DNA of 64,000 nucleotides, taken from positions 91,018,001-91,082,000 of the forward strand of contig NC_087436.1 in assembly GCF_036321535.1 (NCBI RefSeq), read 5' to 3'. Under the pieces are notes generated by a model. It did not search any database. It was not told where the DNA came from and was given only the letters and a program-made list of their open reading frames with translations. The stretch comes from Camelus dromedarius. Lineage: Eukaryota. Positions within the stretch are counted from its first letter, which is position 1; every line of letters starts with the position of its first letter. Both the position numbers and the translations under genes were made by a program. Below, piece after piece: positions 1 to 10,680 of this stretch.

Positions 1-119
1 ATGACATCATCCTATTTCTTAGAGGTACTTTTACATTATGGATTAAATTTCTACCTTTTAGAAAGTGCTTTATTTTTTTAAAAAAAGTTATAGGTGAAAA
101 TTGCTCTTAACTCCGGATT

Positions 120-560
120 TAGGTTCATATTTTTTTTGTGCATAAAAACCCCAAAAATCTTGATTTCTTTACTATGAAAAATTATAACATCTGTATAAAA
201 AGCCACAAAACAAAATACTAAATATTTCATAACAGCAAGAAATAAAAATAAATTCTATTTATTAGTTCCCAATGGCAGAATTATGAAATACATAAGAATT
301 AATGTAAAAATAAATATAGATAACCACTATGAAAATAATTATAAAATATTAGAGGCAATTTTTAAGAAGATTAGATATGTAGACAGATAATAGTGTATCT
401 TGGGATGAGAAAACTGGACTTTGCAAAAGAACCTCCTCAAAATAAATATATAGGGTTAACATAATTCCAATTAAAATTCTAGGAGTATTTTTCTTGAAGC
501 TGGCAAAGTGATTTTAAGGTTAATCTGAAAAAATAAACAAATGCGTAACTGAAAATTTAA
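120..560 (+). mobile_element. Old L1 (L1M/L1ME-type) ORF2 fragment
   Basis: A-rich sense-strand sequence resembling late L1 ORF2 (e.g. 'aacataattccaattaaaattctaggagtattttt...gaagctggcaaagtgattttaaggttaatctgaaa'). Boundaries approximate. Confidence 0.55.
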
Positions 561-734
561 AGCGATCTAAAAATATACTACAACAGGCAGTGAGTGAAGT
601 CAACTATTTTTCATCTCTATGGTTGAATATTAGGTAGCTATATGAAAATATCTTGGAAGAATGATAACATGAGAAAATGCATGTGTTAAATTTCTGTAAT
701 TTTGATATTTCCTGAAGACTTACTATGGGTTGAC

Positions 735-925
735 CTAGATGCTTTATATTATTAACTCACTCAGTCCTCACAATAACTCTATGAAGCACTCTTATCACAC
801 CTCTGTTTTACATATGAAGCTACTGAATTACAGACTGACTAAATTACTTGCCCAATACTCAGCCAATAACCAGGATCTGAATCAGGAGAGCCTGATTCCA
901 GTGCTCACAACTACAGCATAACCCT
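735..925 (-). mobile_element. MIR SINE
   Basis: Reverse-orientation MIR core ('cagtcctcacaataactctatgaag...gttttacatatgaagctactga...aaattacttgcccaa'). Confidence 0.6.
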
Positions 926-1859
926 GCCTGTTACTGAGCAAAAACCTTACTGCATCTTTCCATGGCCATGAATGTGTCTACCACTTTCTCTACTCAGATT
1001 AGCCCTTTTCCCTAGACAAAACCAGGGCTTTACCTGCCAGGAAAAAAACAGCACAATAATAATAAACAGGAAGAATCCAGAGTGGCTCACAGGGCTAAAG
1101 CAGCATGTACATGATAAAGTGGTCTGTTTCTGATCTCTGGTTGAAATAAGCTATGCAGATTGGCTAGCATTTGAATAGAAAAATCTCACAAAATATAGGT
1201 CCCTTTCCTCCTTCCAAGTAGTGTTTGCATTATATGGGTTTGTATGGAATGGAGGCATTTTCCTTGGTTAATAAACGAGGGTATCTGTTTGGGGCCAGTA
1301 GGACGTGTTACAGAACAAATTATAAGGGGAAAGAAGCACATTTAGGGCAAACAACTAGAAATACATCTTTTGGTTGAATAGACCCTAGCAAATATTTCAC
1401 TTTCCCTTTTACTCAAATGCTTTCAACTTCTTTTATCTGACAATGTAACATTTTTTCAGTTTTCTGTTTTTACTGGTTGGATGAAAGTTATAGATTATGT
1501 GTAGCAAGTAAATGGCACATTTTTGAAATCAAGAGATGGCCTTCATTTCTACTGGAATGAATGGGGACATGTGCTGAAAATAAAAGCCCTGAACTACTCA
1601 GACTCAAGTGCCCCAGTTCACAACAGTTTAACTGGGGCAGTGGCCTTTGCAACATTTGATGACAGATGCTTGTCTACTCTGCTCTGATTCCCAGTGAAGC
1701 ATGCCAACTGTAAGGCCACATTGACGATCTCCTGTTCCACTTTTTCTTAGAGTGCTGTAGCTTCTGTTCTGTTTTTCAGTGACACAATCAAGGATCTGTA
1801 GCTTTTCAAGTAGGTTTTCATTTCTGAGTGGAAGTCTGGAATGATTTTAAATGAGTGTT

Positions 1860-2716
1860 CTGGGACCCAAATTTCCATGTGTGGAAGGAGGGGTCATTTC
1901 CCACACCACCTACAAGCAATTCTTGGACACATGCAGGAAGTTTGATGATTCAACTCAATTCCATAACTATCTACCCAGAGACAGCATCAGATATCACAGG
2001 TTAAAGGTTCAGTCTTAACAAAACAGCCCCTTCCCCTACTTCAGATGCCAGTCCCAAGCCCAGGTTGTTACCTGTACTTTTGACTGAGTGGCTATAAATC
2101 AAAGATTCCCACGACTCTCTCCTTGGTGTCGATTAATTTACTAGAGCAGCTCACAGAACTCAGAGAAACATTTTACTTACTGGATTACTGGTTTATTATA
2201 AAAGGATATGATAAAGGATACAGATAAACATCCATGTGGATGAGATGCGCAGGGCAAGATACGGTGACAGGGAGCTCCCCTGCTCTCTCCAAGTGTGCCA
2301 CTCTCTCCAAAGCTCCACATGTTTACTAACCTGAAGCTATCAGAACCCTATCCTTTTGGGTGTTTATAGAAGCTCTTTTACATAGTCACAGTTGATTAAA
2401 TCACTGGCCACTGTAGACTGATTCAAATTCTAGTCCCTCTCCACTCCCCAGAAGTGGGAGGGTAGAACTAAAAGTTGCAACCATCTAATTTCATGGTTGA
2501 TTCTCTTGGCAACCTGCTTAGGTGAGGGCTAAAAGTCGCCTCATTAGCATAAAAAAAGACACCCTTACTATTCTTATCACTTCCAAAGGTTTTTTTATTT
2601 TTTAATTAAAAAAAATTTTATTGCACTCATCAATTCCAAAGGCTTTAGGAACTTTGGACTAGAAATGGGGGTGAAGACCAAATACATAGATATATTTTAG
2701 AAATCACAATATCATA
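1860..2716 (-). mobile_element. MER21-family solo LTR
   Basis: Matches recalled MER21 reverse consensus ('tctacccagagacagcatcagatatcacaggttaaaggttcagtc', 'gagcagctcacagaactcagagaaacattttacttac'); ends 'aatcacaatatcata', the reverse of the tgtgatattgtga start. Confidence 0.8.
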
Positions 2717-2899
2717 GAATTTTTAAGTTTAAAAAGCAAATCAGGCTATGTCACAGAGAATCCAAAAAAAAGATTTAGATTTATTTCATGAAGGTGAAAT
2801 TCATGGGCTTTTACACTGCTGATCAGTTATGCAAAGTGGTGAAACTATTATGAGCAAGGACTTTAATGTAGAAGAAAGAAAAGAAGAAAGGAAGGAAAT

Positions 2900-3100
2900 T
2901 CTAGATTCTAGTCCTGGTTCTACATGTAAACAACTTGGTGACTTTGAGACCATTATGTACCTTTCTGAATATCATTTTCTTCATGTAGAAAATGAAATGA
3001 ATGATACAGATTTTGCAAAGTCCTTATGAAGACTAAATAGGATGTTGTAAATATATACCTAGCCTAGCGCCTGGAATATAGTAATTACTCAGTAAATGGA
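2900..3100 (+). mobile_element. MIR SINE
   Basis: 'gattctagtcctggttctac...ttggtgactttgagaccattatgtacctttctga...tcttcatgtagaaaatgaaatga' and a 3' end 'gcctggaatatagtaattactcagtaaatg'. Confidence 0.55.
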
Positions 3101-5559
3101 AATTTAGCACAACTGTAATAAATTCTCTGGGATGAGATTATAAGAAATACTATTTGCTATTCCATGTATCATGAATAAAACTGTAAGTAAAGGATGATGA
3201 CCTTGATTGACCTACTTAGTGGAAAACTTTTTTCTGGCGTAGTAGTGCAATTGGTGAGGGTATTGTGTCAAAGCCAGTTCAACATTCTTTGTGTTATTAG
3301 AAATATTAACATAATCTTACAGATTTGGAAGAAGGATCTTTGTTTAAGTTTCTTTATTTGGTTACCAAGCATCTGAAGCTCCCTCTTATATTGAAGGTAT
3401 TCTCCATCTCCCAAAGCAGAAAACAAAGTAGGCAGTTATATCCTCTCATTGATCCCTGGAAGCTAGTGGCATGTGAACAAAGATCAGCCAATTAGATACT
3501 CTTGTTTATTACCCAGAATCCTGATAAAGTGATTCAAGGACAGAGGGGCACTTAGAATTACTCGTGGAAACAGAAGTAGTGCATATGTAATTGGGGTGAT
3601 AACCTGCTAGACTAGACTTTCTCTCCAACAAGAGCTGAGCTACACTCTCTGCCTGCTTTCTTTTGAATTATGCCCTTTTCACAAGCTTGGTCCTCTTGCC
3701 TTAAAATTGATTCTATGGTCTTATACCCTCCTTATAAATCCCATAATCTTTTTATATTACCCAGAGTCAATTTCTGTTGTTTACAATCAAAAACTCCCAA
3801 GATATTAGTAAGCTAGTGAACACTTTCTTATCTTAATATCACCAAACCTTTGGAATATACATTAGGTTATCATAATATCATTAGGTTATCATAATCATAA
3901 TAAATAAAGATACTTTCTATGTTATCCAAGGAGACAACTGTTGTGTATGTAGCTCTCACATGTAGAACCCTGAGCAGCTAAACTCTCACTGTAGAGATAT
4001 TATCACACAAAGCAATGCCAAAAAAATGGCACTTGAAACTGAGTGTAATCTGAAAAGAGGATTTTGGTAACTAAAGTGTCATTCCCAGACTCTAGGGCCA
4101 AGTTTAGAACATGGGTTTTATCTGTCCCACCAGCAAACCTTCTGAGACTCTATTCGATGGTGTATAATTCGGCATAGAGGGACAAGCTAAGCTAGAATAA
4201 AAGCAGCATGTGAGAAGCAGCATGTTAAGTATTTCCTACAGGTGGAGTGCTGGCAGGGCAGAAAGAGTGAGAAACACGAGCCCAGGTTCCTCCCACTGAC
4301 CGAGGGAAAAGCGCACACAGCCTCAGCGCCCTAACAAGCGAGGCCACCACCCAAATGGGCCCCGCAACCTGTCTCGCCTTTAAAATGCGGTAACTAGGGA
4401 ATCCATCCTTATTTAACAATATAGATACACACTTCCCTCAGAGGGTTCATTATTGAACAGGCAGGGGTGAGAGAAGCAAGCACAAGTACAAGCAAGGTTC
4501 TTCTTGTGTCAAAAGTGCATTAGAATATGCAAGGATATTCTTATTCCAGGGGTTATTTTTGTAAACCTTGACTACAAAAGCATTTGTTTGATATCTTTTT
4601 GGATATGACCCTGGGGTTGTTTCTCTGCAAGGACTCACTGAGCCTGGTATATTTTGCATAGCTATAACCTATACCCTATTCAGCTGCCCTGAGTCATGAA
4701 TATTGTTAAGAAACAATGCTTAATTAAAACAATAAATCAGAAATATAAATAACTCCCCCCTGATGAATGACACGCATTAATGCTTGCTTGATCTTGTTAG
4801 AAATACCACTTCCAGGAAGACTTCCCAAGATAATTTCCCTTTAGTATAAACTCTTTCCGATAAACCTTTCATCATTTACAAACTTTGATGAAATATCCTT
4901 AAATAGCCATTAGTATTTGCTGAAACATTACATTACATTTTCATATTATTTAAGAAATAATGAGAAATTCTATTTACTAGTCTTTGCTCTCAATGATAAT
5001 TGAAACTAATCTTGAGAAATTTCTTTTTAACTTGAGCAGAATGAAGCAATCCAGAATATTGTAAGAGTTTCATTGGAACCATTCTGGATCGTTCATACAG
5101 CTTCACAGAACTTCAGAACTAGGAGCCATTTGGTTGTAAAAAGTCTTCTCTCCTGCATGAGTCAGAGCTGCCCTGCCAGGCACCACACCTGGGAAAAGCC
5201 AGCAGGGGTGGGTCAGTGGAATATTCTTTAGCTTTTCCACTCTGGCTCTCTGCATTTTTTCCATCCAGGGGTAGGAGAGAAAACATCATGCGTGTATACA
5301 ATAGGCATGAAGGAAGTATCTGAAGAACTACTAAATATAGTGGGCTTCCAGTATGTTTCAGTGTTTTATGTAGAATGTCTCATTTTACCCTCAGAAAAAG
5401 CAATGGGTCATTCTGCCAGTACAAAGCATAGACTAAGAGAATACAATGCCTATCTCATATGCCCCATAGCATCACGGGTCTACCCCTGTTGCAGGTATTA
5501 GAAATGCCTAATTCCTTGTCTACACCTTCTGTGGAGTAAAGTGTCTTGAGGAAACTGAT

Positions 5560-5960
5560 TGCATTACTGATTGCTGGGGCTGCCATCACAAAGTACCACA
5601 GACTGGGTGACTTAAACAACAGAAATTAATATTCTCACAGTTCTGAAGGCTACAGGTCAAAGGTTAAGGTGTCAGGAAGTTTGGGTTCTTCTGAAACCTC
5701 TCTCATTAGTTTGCAGGTGGATGACTTCTTCCTGTGTTCTTGCACGTTCTTCCCTTGGTCTGAGTTTTCTGTGTCCTAATCTCCTCTTCCAATAAGAAGG
5801 TCAGTCATGTTGGATTAAAGCCTACACATATGACCTCAGTTTATTTTAATTACCTCATTAAAGGCCCTTTCCACAAAGACAGTCATCTTCTGAAGTACTG
5901 GAGTTTTGAACTTCAACATATAAATTGGAGGAAGGGGGAGAGCACAATTCAATTCATAAC
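5560..5960 (-). mobile_element. MLT1 (MaLR) solo LTR
   Basis: Typical reverse MLT1 text 'gggctgccatcacaaagtaccacagactgggtgacttaaacaacagaaattaat...ctcacagttctgaaggc', ending 'cacaattcaattcataaca'. Confidence 0.85.
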
Positions 5961-7764
5961 ACTATGTCTCATCATTTTTATAACCTTATCACAAAGTTAA
6001 TGCTTGTTTCCATCATACTACTTGTTTATCCAAGTAATTTTCCAATCTCTTCCTAAATCTGCCAAGAACAGCTATTTTCCATACCCCTTATGACAGAGCT
6101 CCACCCTCCCACCCCGACCCCCTTGTGCAGAAGTTACCAGGAAATATGGCTGCTGCCAACAATTCTTTCCCTCTCTGTACAATGCCTACTCTTCTTCATG
6201 GATCTGGGCTGCTTGTGACTGATCTGACCAGTATAATAAGGGGAAGATGACACTGTGCCAGTTCCAAGCCTAGCCTTTAAGAGGACTGGCTACTTCTTCT
6301 CCCTAACTCTTGGCGCATTGAGCCATTGTGTGAGAAGCTCAGGTTCCTGTGCTGCAGTGAGACAGCACACAGAGGAGCACTGATGGGCTCGAGATGTCAG
6401 TGAGGAAGATGCCTGGGACGGTAGCCCTACCTTGAGGGTATGTTGATGGGAACTCTAACTAGAAGTACTATCTCCCCCGACTCCGATCCCCTTCCTTTGA
6501 GCCACAACCATCTCTATGCTCCCTTGACTTCACTGAAGCTTTGTCCCCATTCTATCACCTTGAGGATGGAGAGATTACCCTGACCTCAGAGAATTACTTT
6601 GCATTAGCGCAGTGCATAGGATCAGTCAGCAGCGAGGGCTGTCTTGTCTTCTGTCTTTCCCCTTATCTGGTTCTGTCCAAATTTCAAGCTGCTAAACAAT
6701 TTAATAAAATTAATGTATTTTTTTAGGACAAACTCTAGTACTTTTAACATGAAACCAATTTCACATAATTTGAAATCTATTCACTGGAGCAACCATCCAC
6801 AGAAAGGTTCTCAAATATTCTTGAATTCTTGAACCCAAAATGCCTGCTAAGTTACAATTGGTACTGTCAACATTCCTTGCACAATTTTAATGAGAAAAAA
6901 AATGAAAAGCACACTTCTTGGTACGGCCAGTCATTAATCACTGTAATGATAGCTGAGAAGTAAATTAACTGATAATATAACCTCTCCCCCTTCAGAAGCT
7001 AAGTAATCATAAAGGTACCACAGGAAAATTGGTTACATCTGAACAAACTTTTTTAAGGAGTGATGATAATTAAAAATGGTAAAAATCAAATCAAAGATTT
7101 TTGGGTTTTTTTGTTTTGTTTTGTTTTGTTAAAAAAAGAAGCATTCTGAGAATTTCAACCTTGGAAGCCGTGCAGTTCTCATCTCTCTCCTACTTTCACT
7201 TCCTGTTTGCCCCGTGGGCTGTGTGTGTGCCCTCTTTGTTGACACACCCTCCTCCAGGGAACCCCTTTGGATCCACTGAGGACTTAGGGTCCTTATTGTG
7301 TCCTGCTCTTCTCTCAAGGGACCTGCATTTCCATGGAGATGTTGTGTCCTGCACTCCATCCTGTCTGAATAATTCTAAGGAAAACAGAAACTGCAAGCTA
7401 AAAGCACTGCTAATGCTTTTGTAGAGTTTTAGTGTATTTGATATTCTTTGTAGGATTGACAAAGCACTGTTGGAAGATTGTGGGTTTGCAAATCCTGGGT
7501 CTATTGTCAATGTTGTCGAGTCACCTTGCACTATAAACTCCAAAAAACATCTTACTTCCATAATTGTAGTGATAACAAAAGTAATGTATATTTATTGAAT
7601 ATTTATGATACATCAAACAGATGGCTAGATGTCTGGTAAAACATATTTCATCTATGAGGTAGGTACTTTTAGTACCAACAGATGAAGAAAGTAAGGGAAT
7701 GTGTGGATAAGTTGCCCAAGGTTATTCAGCTAAGAAAATGAAGAAGCTGAACATAAAGTGTTTT

Positions 7765-7991
7765 TTAGGGTGAATATTTAATAATCAGCTTTCTGGAGGG
7801 AGAGGGAAGCCTTGATCTGCAGCATTTGGGAGTTTCTGTGGTGTTAATATGCTCATCATGGTTGAGTCTAAGCTACAAATGTGATGTCACTGAGCTGGGC
7901 ACAGATGTACAGTAAAACATCACTACATAGCACTTCCTTCATAGCCATCAGTTATTACAAGACTGGGTGGACCAGTTTCAGCACACCACTG
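7765..7991 (-). mobile_element. MER63-like hAT MITE
   Basis: Ends in 'ccagtttcagcacaccactg', the reverse of the MER63 TIR cagtggtgtgctg; internal 'ctgatctgcagcatttg...tttctgtggtgttaata'-like core. Confidence 0.55.
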
Positions 7992-8946
7992 TATAGTAGA
8001 AGTCTGACTTCTGAGCATGTGCATCTAAAGATTATGCCATATTTTCACTCTCTGCTACTGGAATTTAAAACTGGAAGAATTGGTATAATTTGCCAGGTGT
8101 ACGTAAGAAACTGGTGTCCGAATATTCTGCTTTTTTGATGTTTTATCTCTTTAACGTCAGCAAAAGGTAAGTGTCTTTCAACCTGGTTGGTAGTCATAGA
8201 TTGAATCCTTTTGGAAAGATGATGACTTCCTTTGTGAATTCCCATGTCTTCAGAGAGTAGGTTGGGGACTGGATTGAGAAATTTTTATAATCATACTGAT
8301 AGAAACTTATGAGGTTTACAACACCAAATTTTAGAGGATGTAGGATGTAGCTCATCCAACACTTATTCCCAACCTTTTCCCTGTGGGTAGAGCCTAAATT
8401 TTGTTCTGACTTTATGTCCACACATCCCCATGTGTTTTGGTAAATCTTTATGAGTTTAAGGCAATTTTCAGATCCCATGAACTTTGCCAATGATGGATTT
8501 TAGTTTGGCCATGTTATCCAAATATGGCTAGGGAGATATAAAGGGATGTCTGAAACATTCTGAGGAAAGTTTCTGAGTTCTTAAACACACAGACAAAGAA
8601 AAGATAGTCGCTTTTTCTACCCCTTTCATTGACATGGGAATATTTGATGCCGGGACCCATAGCCATATTTCTGTGAGGTAAGCTGACTCACTGATTATGA
8701 CAGAGTGGGAAGATGGTGAAATCCTGGGTTGTTGCTGATAACTTTGAGCTGCTAAATTAATAACCCTACAGTTTCCCTTCCTCAGGATTTCTTGTTCTAT
8801 GAATTAATAAATCCCCTTATTTGTGAATCAATTGGGTCTTCTGATTCTTGGATCCTTAGATCCAGTCTCCTACTATCCTTGTATTCCCAGTTTTTTCAGT
8901 CTCTTTTTCCTCTGGACTTTTTGTTATATCCTGTCTTATTTAAATA

Positions 8947-9104
8947 TGTAAATATATATACCTTAATTAAAATAACATTATTGCTAAAAAATTCTAACCA
9001 TCATCTGACAATAAAGGGTTACCATAAGCCTTCAATTTGTAAAAAACACAGTATCTGCGAAGTCCAATAAAGGAAGCACAATTAAAAAAAAAATAGGTGG
9101 CCCG
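8947..9104 (-). mobile_element. Tigger1-derived MITE fragment (Tigger1a_Art-like)
   Basis: 'ttattgctaaaaaattctaaccatcatctgacaataaagggttaccataagccttcaatttgtaaaaaacacagtatctgcgaag' shows the internal-deletion junction recalled for Tigger1a_Art, with a degenerate TIR at ~9093-9104. Confidence 0.75.
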
Positions 9105-9379
9105 TGGGAGAGTCGCCCCTGCCGCTGGTTACCGCCTTCTCGGCTCCTCTTGGCTCAGCTGGCTCTGTGCCTGGAGCTCTTTCTCCCTGTGTAATTAGTG
9201 CCGCTTAATGTATGTTACCAAAAATAAATATAACTACCCCAGACTAGATGCAGTATTTTTTGTATAATTGGATTTCCTAATACTGATATTTGTCATCCCC
9301 ACAGAAAATGTATTTTTTTTAAAGAAAATTGTTTTTGAAAATAAAATCAGATGGAAAATTAAAAAAAAAAAAAAAAAAA
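9105..9379 (+). pseudogene. Possible 5'-truncated processed retrocopy (mRNA 3'UTR end with poly(A) tail); parent gene unidentified
   Basis: Non-repeat-like, 3'UTR-like sequence with AATAAA at 9340-9345, followed 15 nt later by an uninterrupted A19 (9361-9379). No TSD found; 5' boundary uncertain. Confidence 0.5.
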
Positions 9380-9592
9380 GGCTGGGGGTGGGGGGTGGGA
9401 CACAGAGAGGGGAACGAGAGGCTGAGGGCAGAGGCTTCTGGCTGGTAGTCCCAGACTCCCAATAGGAAGGGAGAGGGTGGGTAGAGCAAACGAGGCCCCA
9501 GGAGCCACCAAAGGGCACCAGGCGAGGACAACACACATTCCAAAAAGAGGGTAAAACCAGTCTCTAAGACGCAGCCTTTGTCCTGTCGGGGG

Positions 9593-9595
9593 GCG

Positions 9596-9628
<33 letters not shown>
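9593..9628. repeat. (GC)6(AC)12 compound microsatellite
   Basis: Read directly: 36 bp of perfectly alternating purine-pyrimidine. Confidence 0.95.
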
Positions 9629-10079
9629 GACATAAAGGTCCTGGGGCGAGCAGCATCTCCCCAGAGATTCCCTACTCAAGCCAAAACGTGGGAGGGGGGT
9701 CAAGAGCAACTGGAATGAAGCCCCCTGCTTTATCACTTGGGGTGAGTTTTTGGGTTTTCTTCTCAAAAGAGAAATTTAAAAATCTACAACACATCACGCC
9801 AGATTTCGTAATCTCATTTTTAATGGGCACGGATCCGCCTGGCCAGAGAAGAATGCTCGAGAATCTGGGATTTACACAGCTGTATCAGACTGTCCACAAT
9901 GGGCCTTGGGTCTTTCTCTCGGGGATGCGTTCAGGAAGAGCCAGAAGGAGCGGGACATCACACTCAGAGCGCCTTCATCTCGGTTCTGTCTGGGCTTCCT
10001 CGGATCCCGAGCAAGGCCAAGCACGTTCTCAGGAAGACCTTCTGTTAAGTTGGTCTTGGTAAGCCGGAGGGCCTGCTTT

Positions 10080-10680
10080 ATACATCCCCAAGGAGGCGGC
10101 AACGCTGGTGGAAGGTGCGGCAGGCCTTGTCCTTGGGCAGCGGGTGACGCGAAGCGGGGGCGAGCGCGGAACTCCGGGTGCGCCCGGCCGGGGTGCAGGG
10201 CGGGCAGACGGGCCGCGCCAGCCGGGCGCACAGCGCCTCTTCCTGGCGTAGCGGATGCGCTCCCGTCCGGAGGTGTCGCACACCCCGTCTGGGGGAGCAG
10301 GCTCGGGCTGCCACGCGGGCGCTCGCCCCCCCGTACGCCGCGCGTACGCGGCCCTGCAGCCCCCGAGGCCGAGCCATCGGGGCGAGCGGGACGCCAGCGC
10401 CGGAAGGATCTGATCTCACGGCCTCTCCCTGGACGCCGCCGTCTCGCCGCGAAAGGCCGCCGGGGCAGCACAGGTGGGAAGGTGAGGGGTCGTGACGGGC
10501 CCTGGGGCGGGACGAGGAGGAGGGCTCCAGGACGCCTGTGCAGGTCGCTGGCAGACCCAGCTGCCCCCGGCCTCCAGGCCCATCCCTCAGGGTAGGACCT
10601 GAGTGGGGCTGGGGGCGCGGGAGCTCTGGCTGGCTGTCCCTGCTGCTGGCGTTAGGGGCTCGGGGCCCCGCGCCTTCTGC
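10080..10680. promoter_or_regulatory. CpG island / probable TATA-less promoter
   Basis: Very GC- and CpG-rich block in an otherwise CpG-depleted window. Contains GGGCGG (Sp/KLF) boxes, CCGGAAG (ETS-type) at 10400-10406 and TTTCGCGG (E2F-type, - strand) at 10447-10454. Confidence 0.9.
10250..10481 (+). other. Candidate first (probably non-coding) exon of an unidentified + strand transcript; TSS position unknown
   Basis: Tandem 5' splice donors CAG|GTGGGA (after 10473) and AAG|GTGAGG (after 10481) toward the downstream side of the CpG island. The start coordinate is a guess. Confidence 0.5.

Noticed and set aside
9872..10595. Long overlapping ORFs (229 aa +, 199 aa -, 113 aa -) across the CpG island
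   Set aside because: R/G/P/A-rich translations on both strands are expected from stop-codon scarcity in GC-rich DNA. At least the 229-aa ORF starts at a non-ATG codon (TTG), and none has a recognisable domain.
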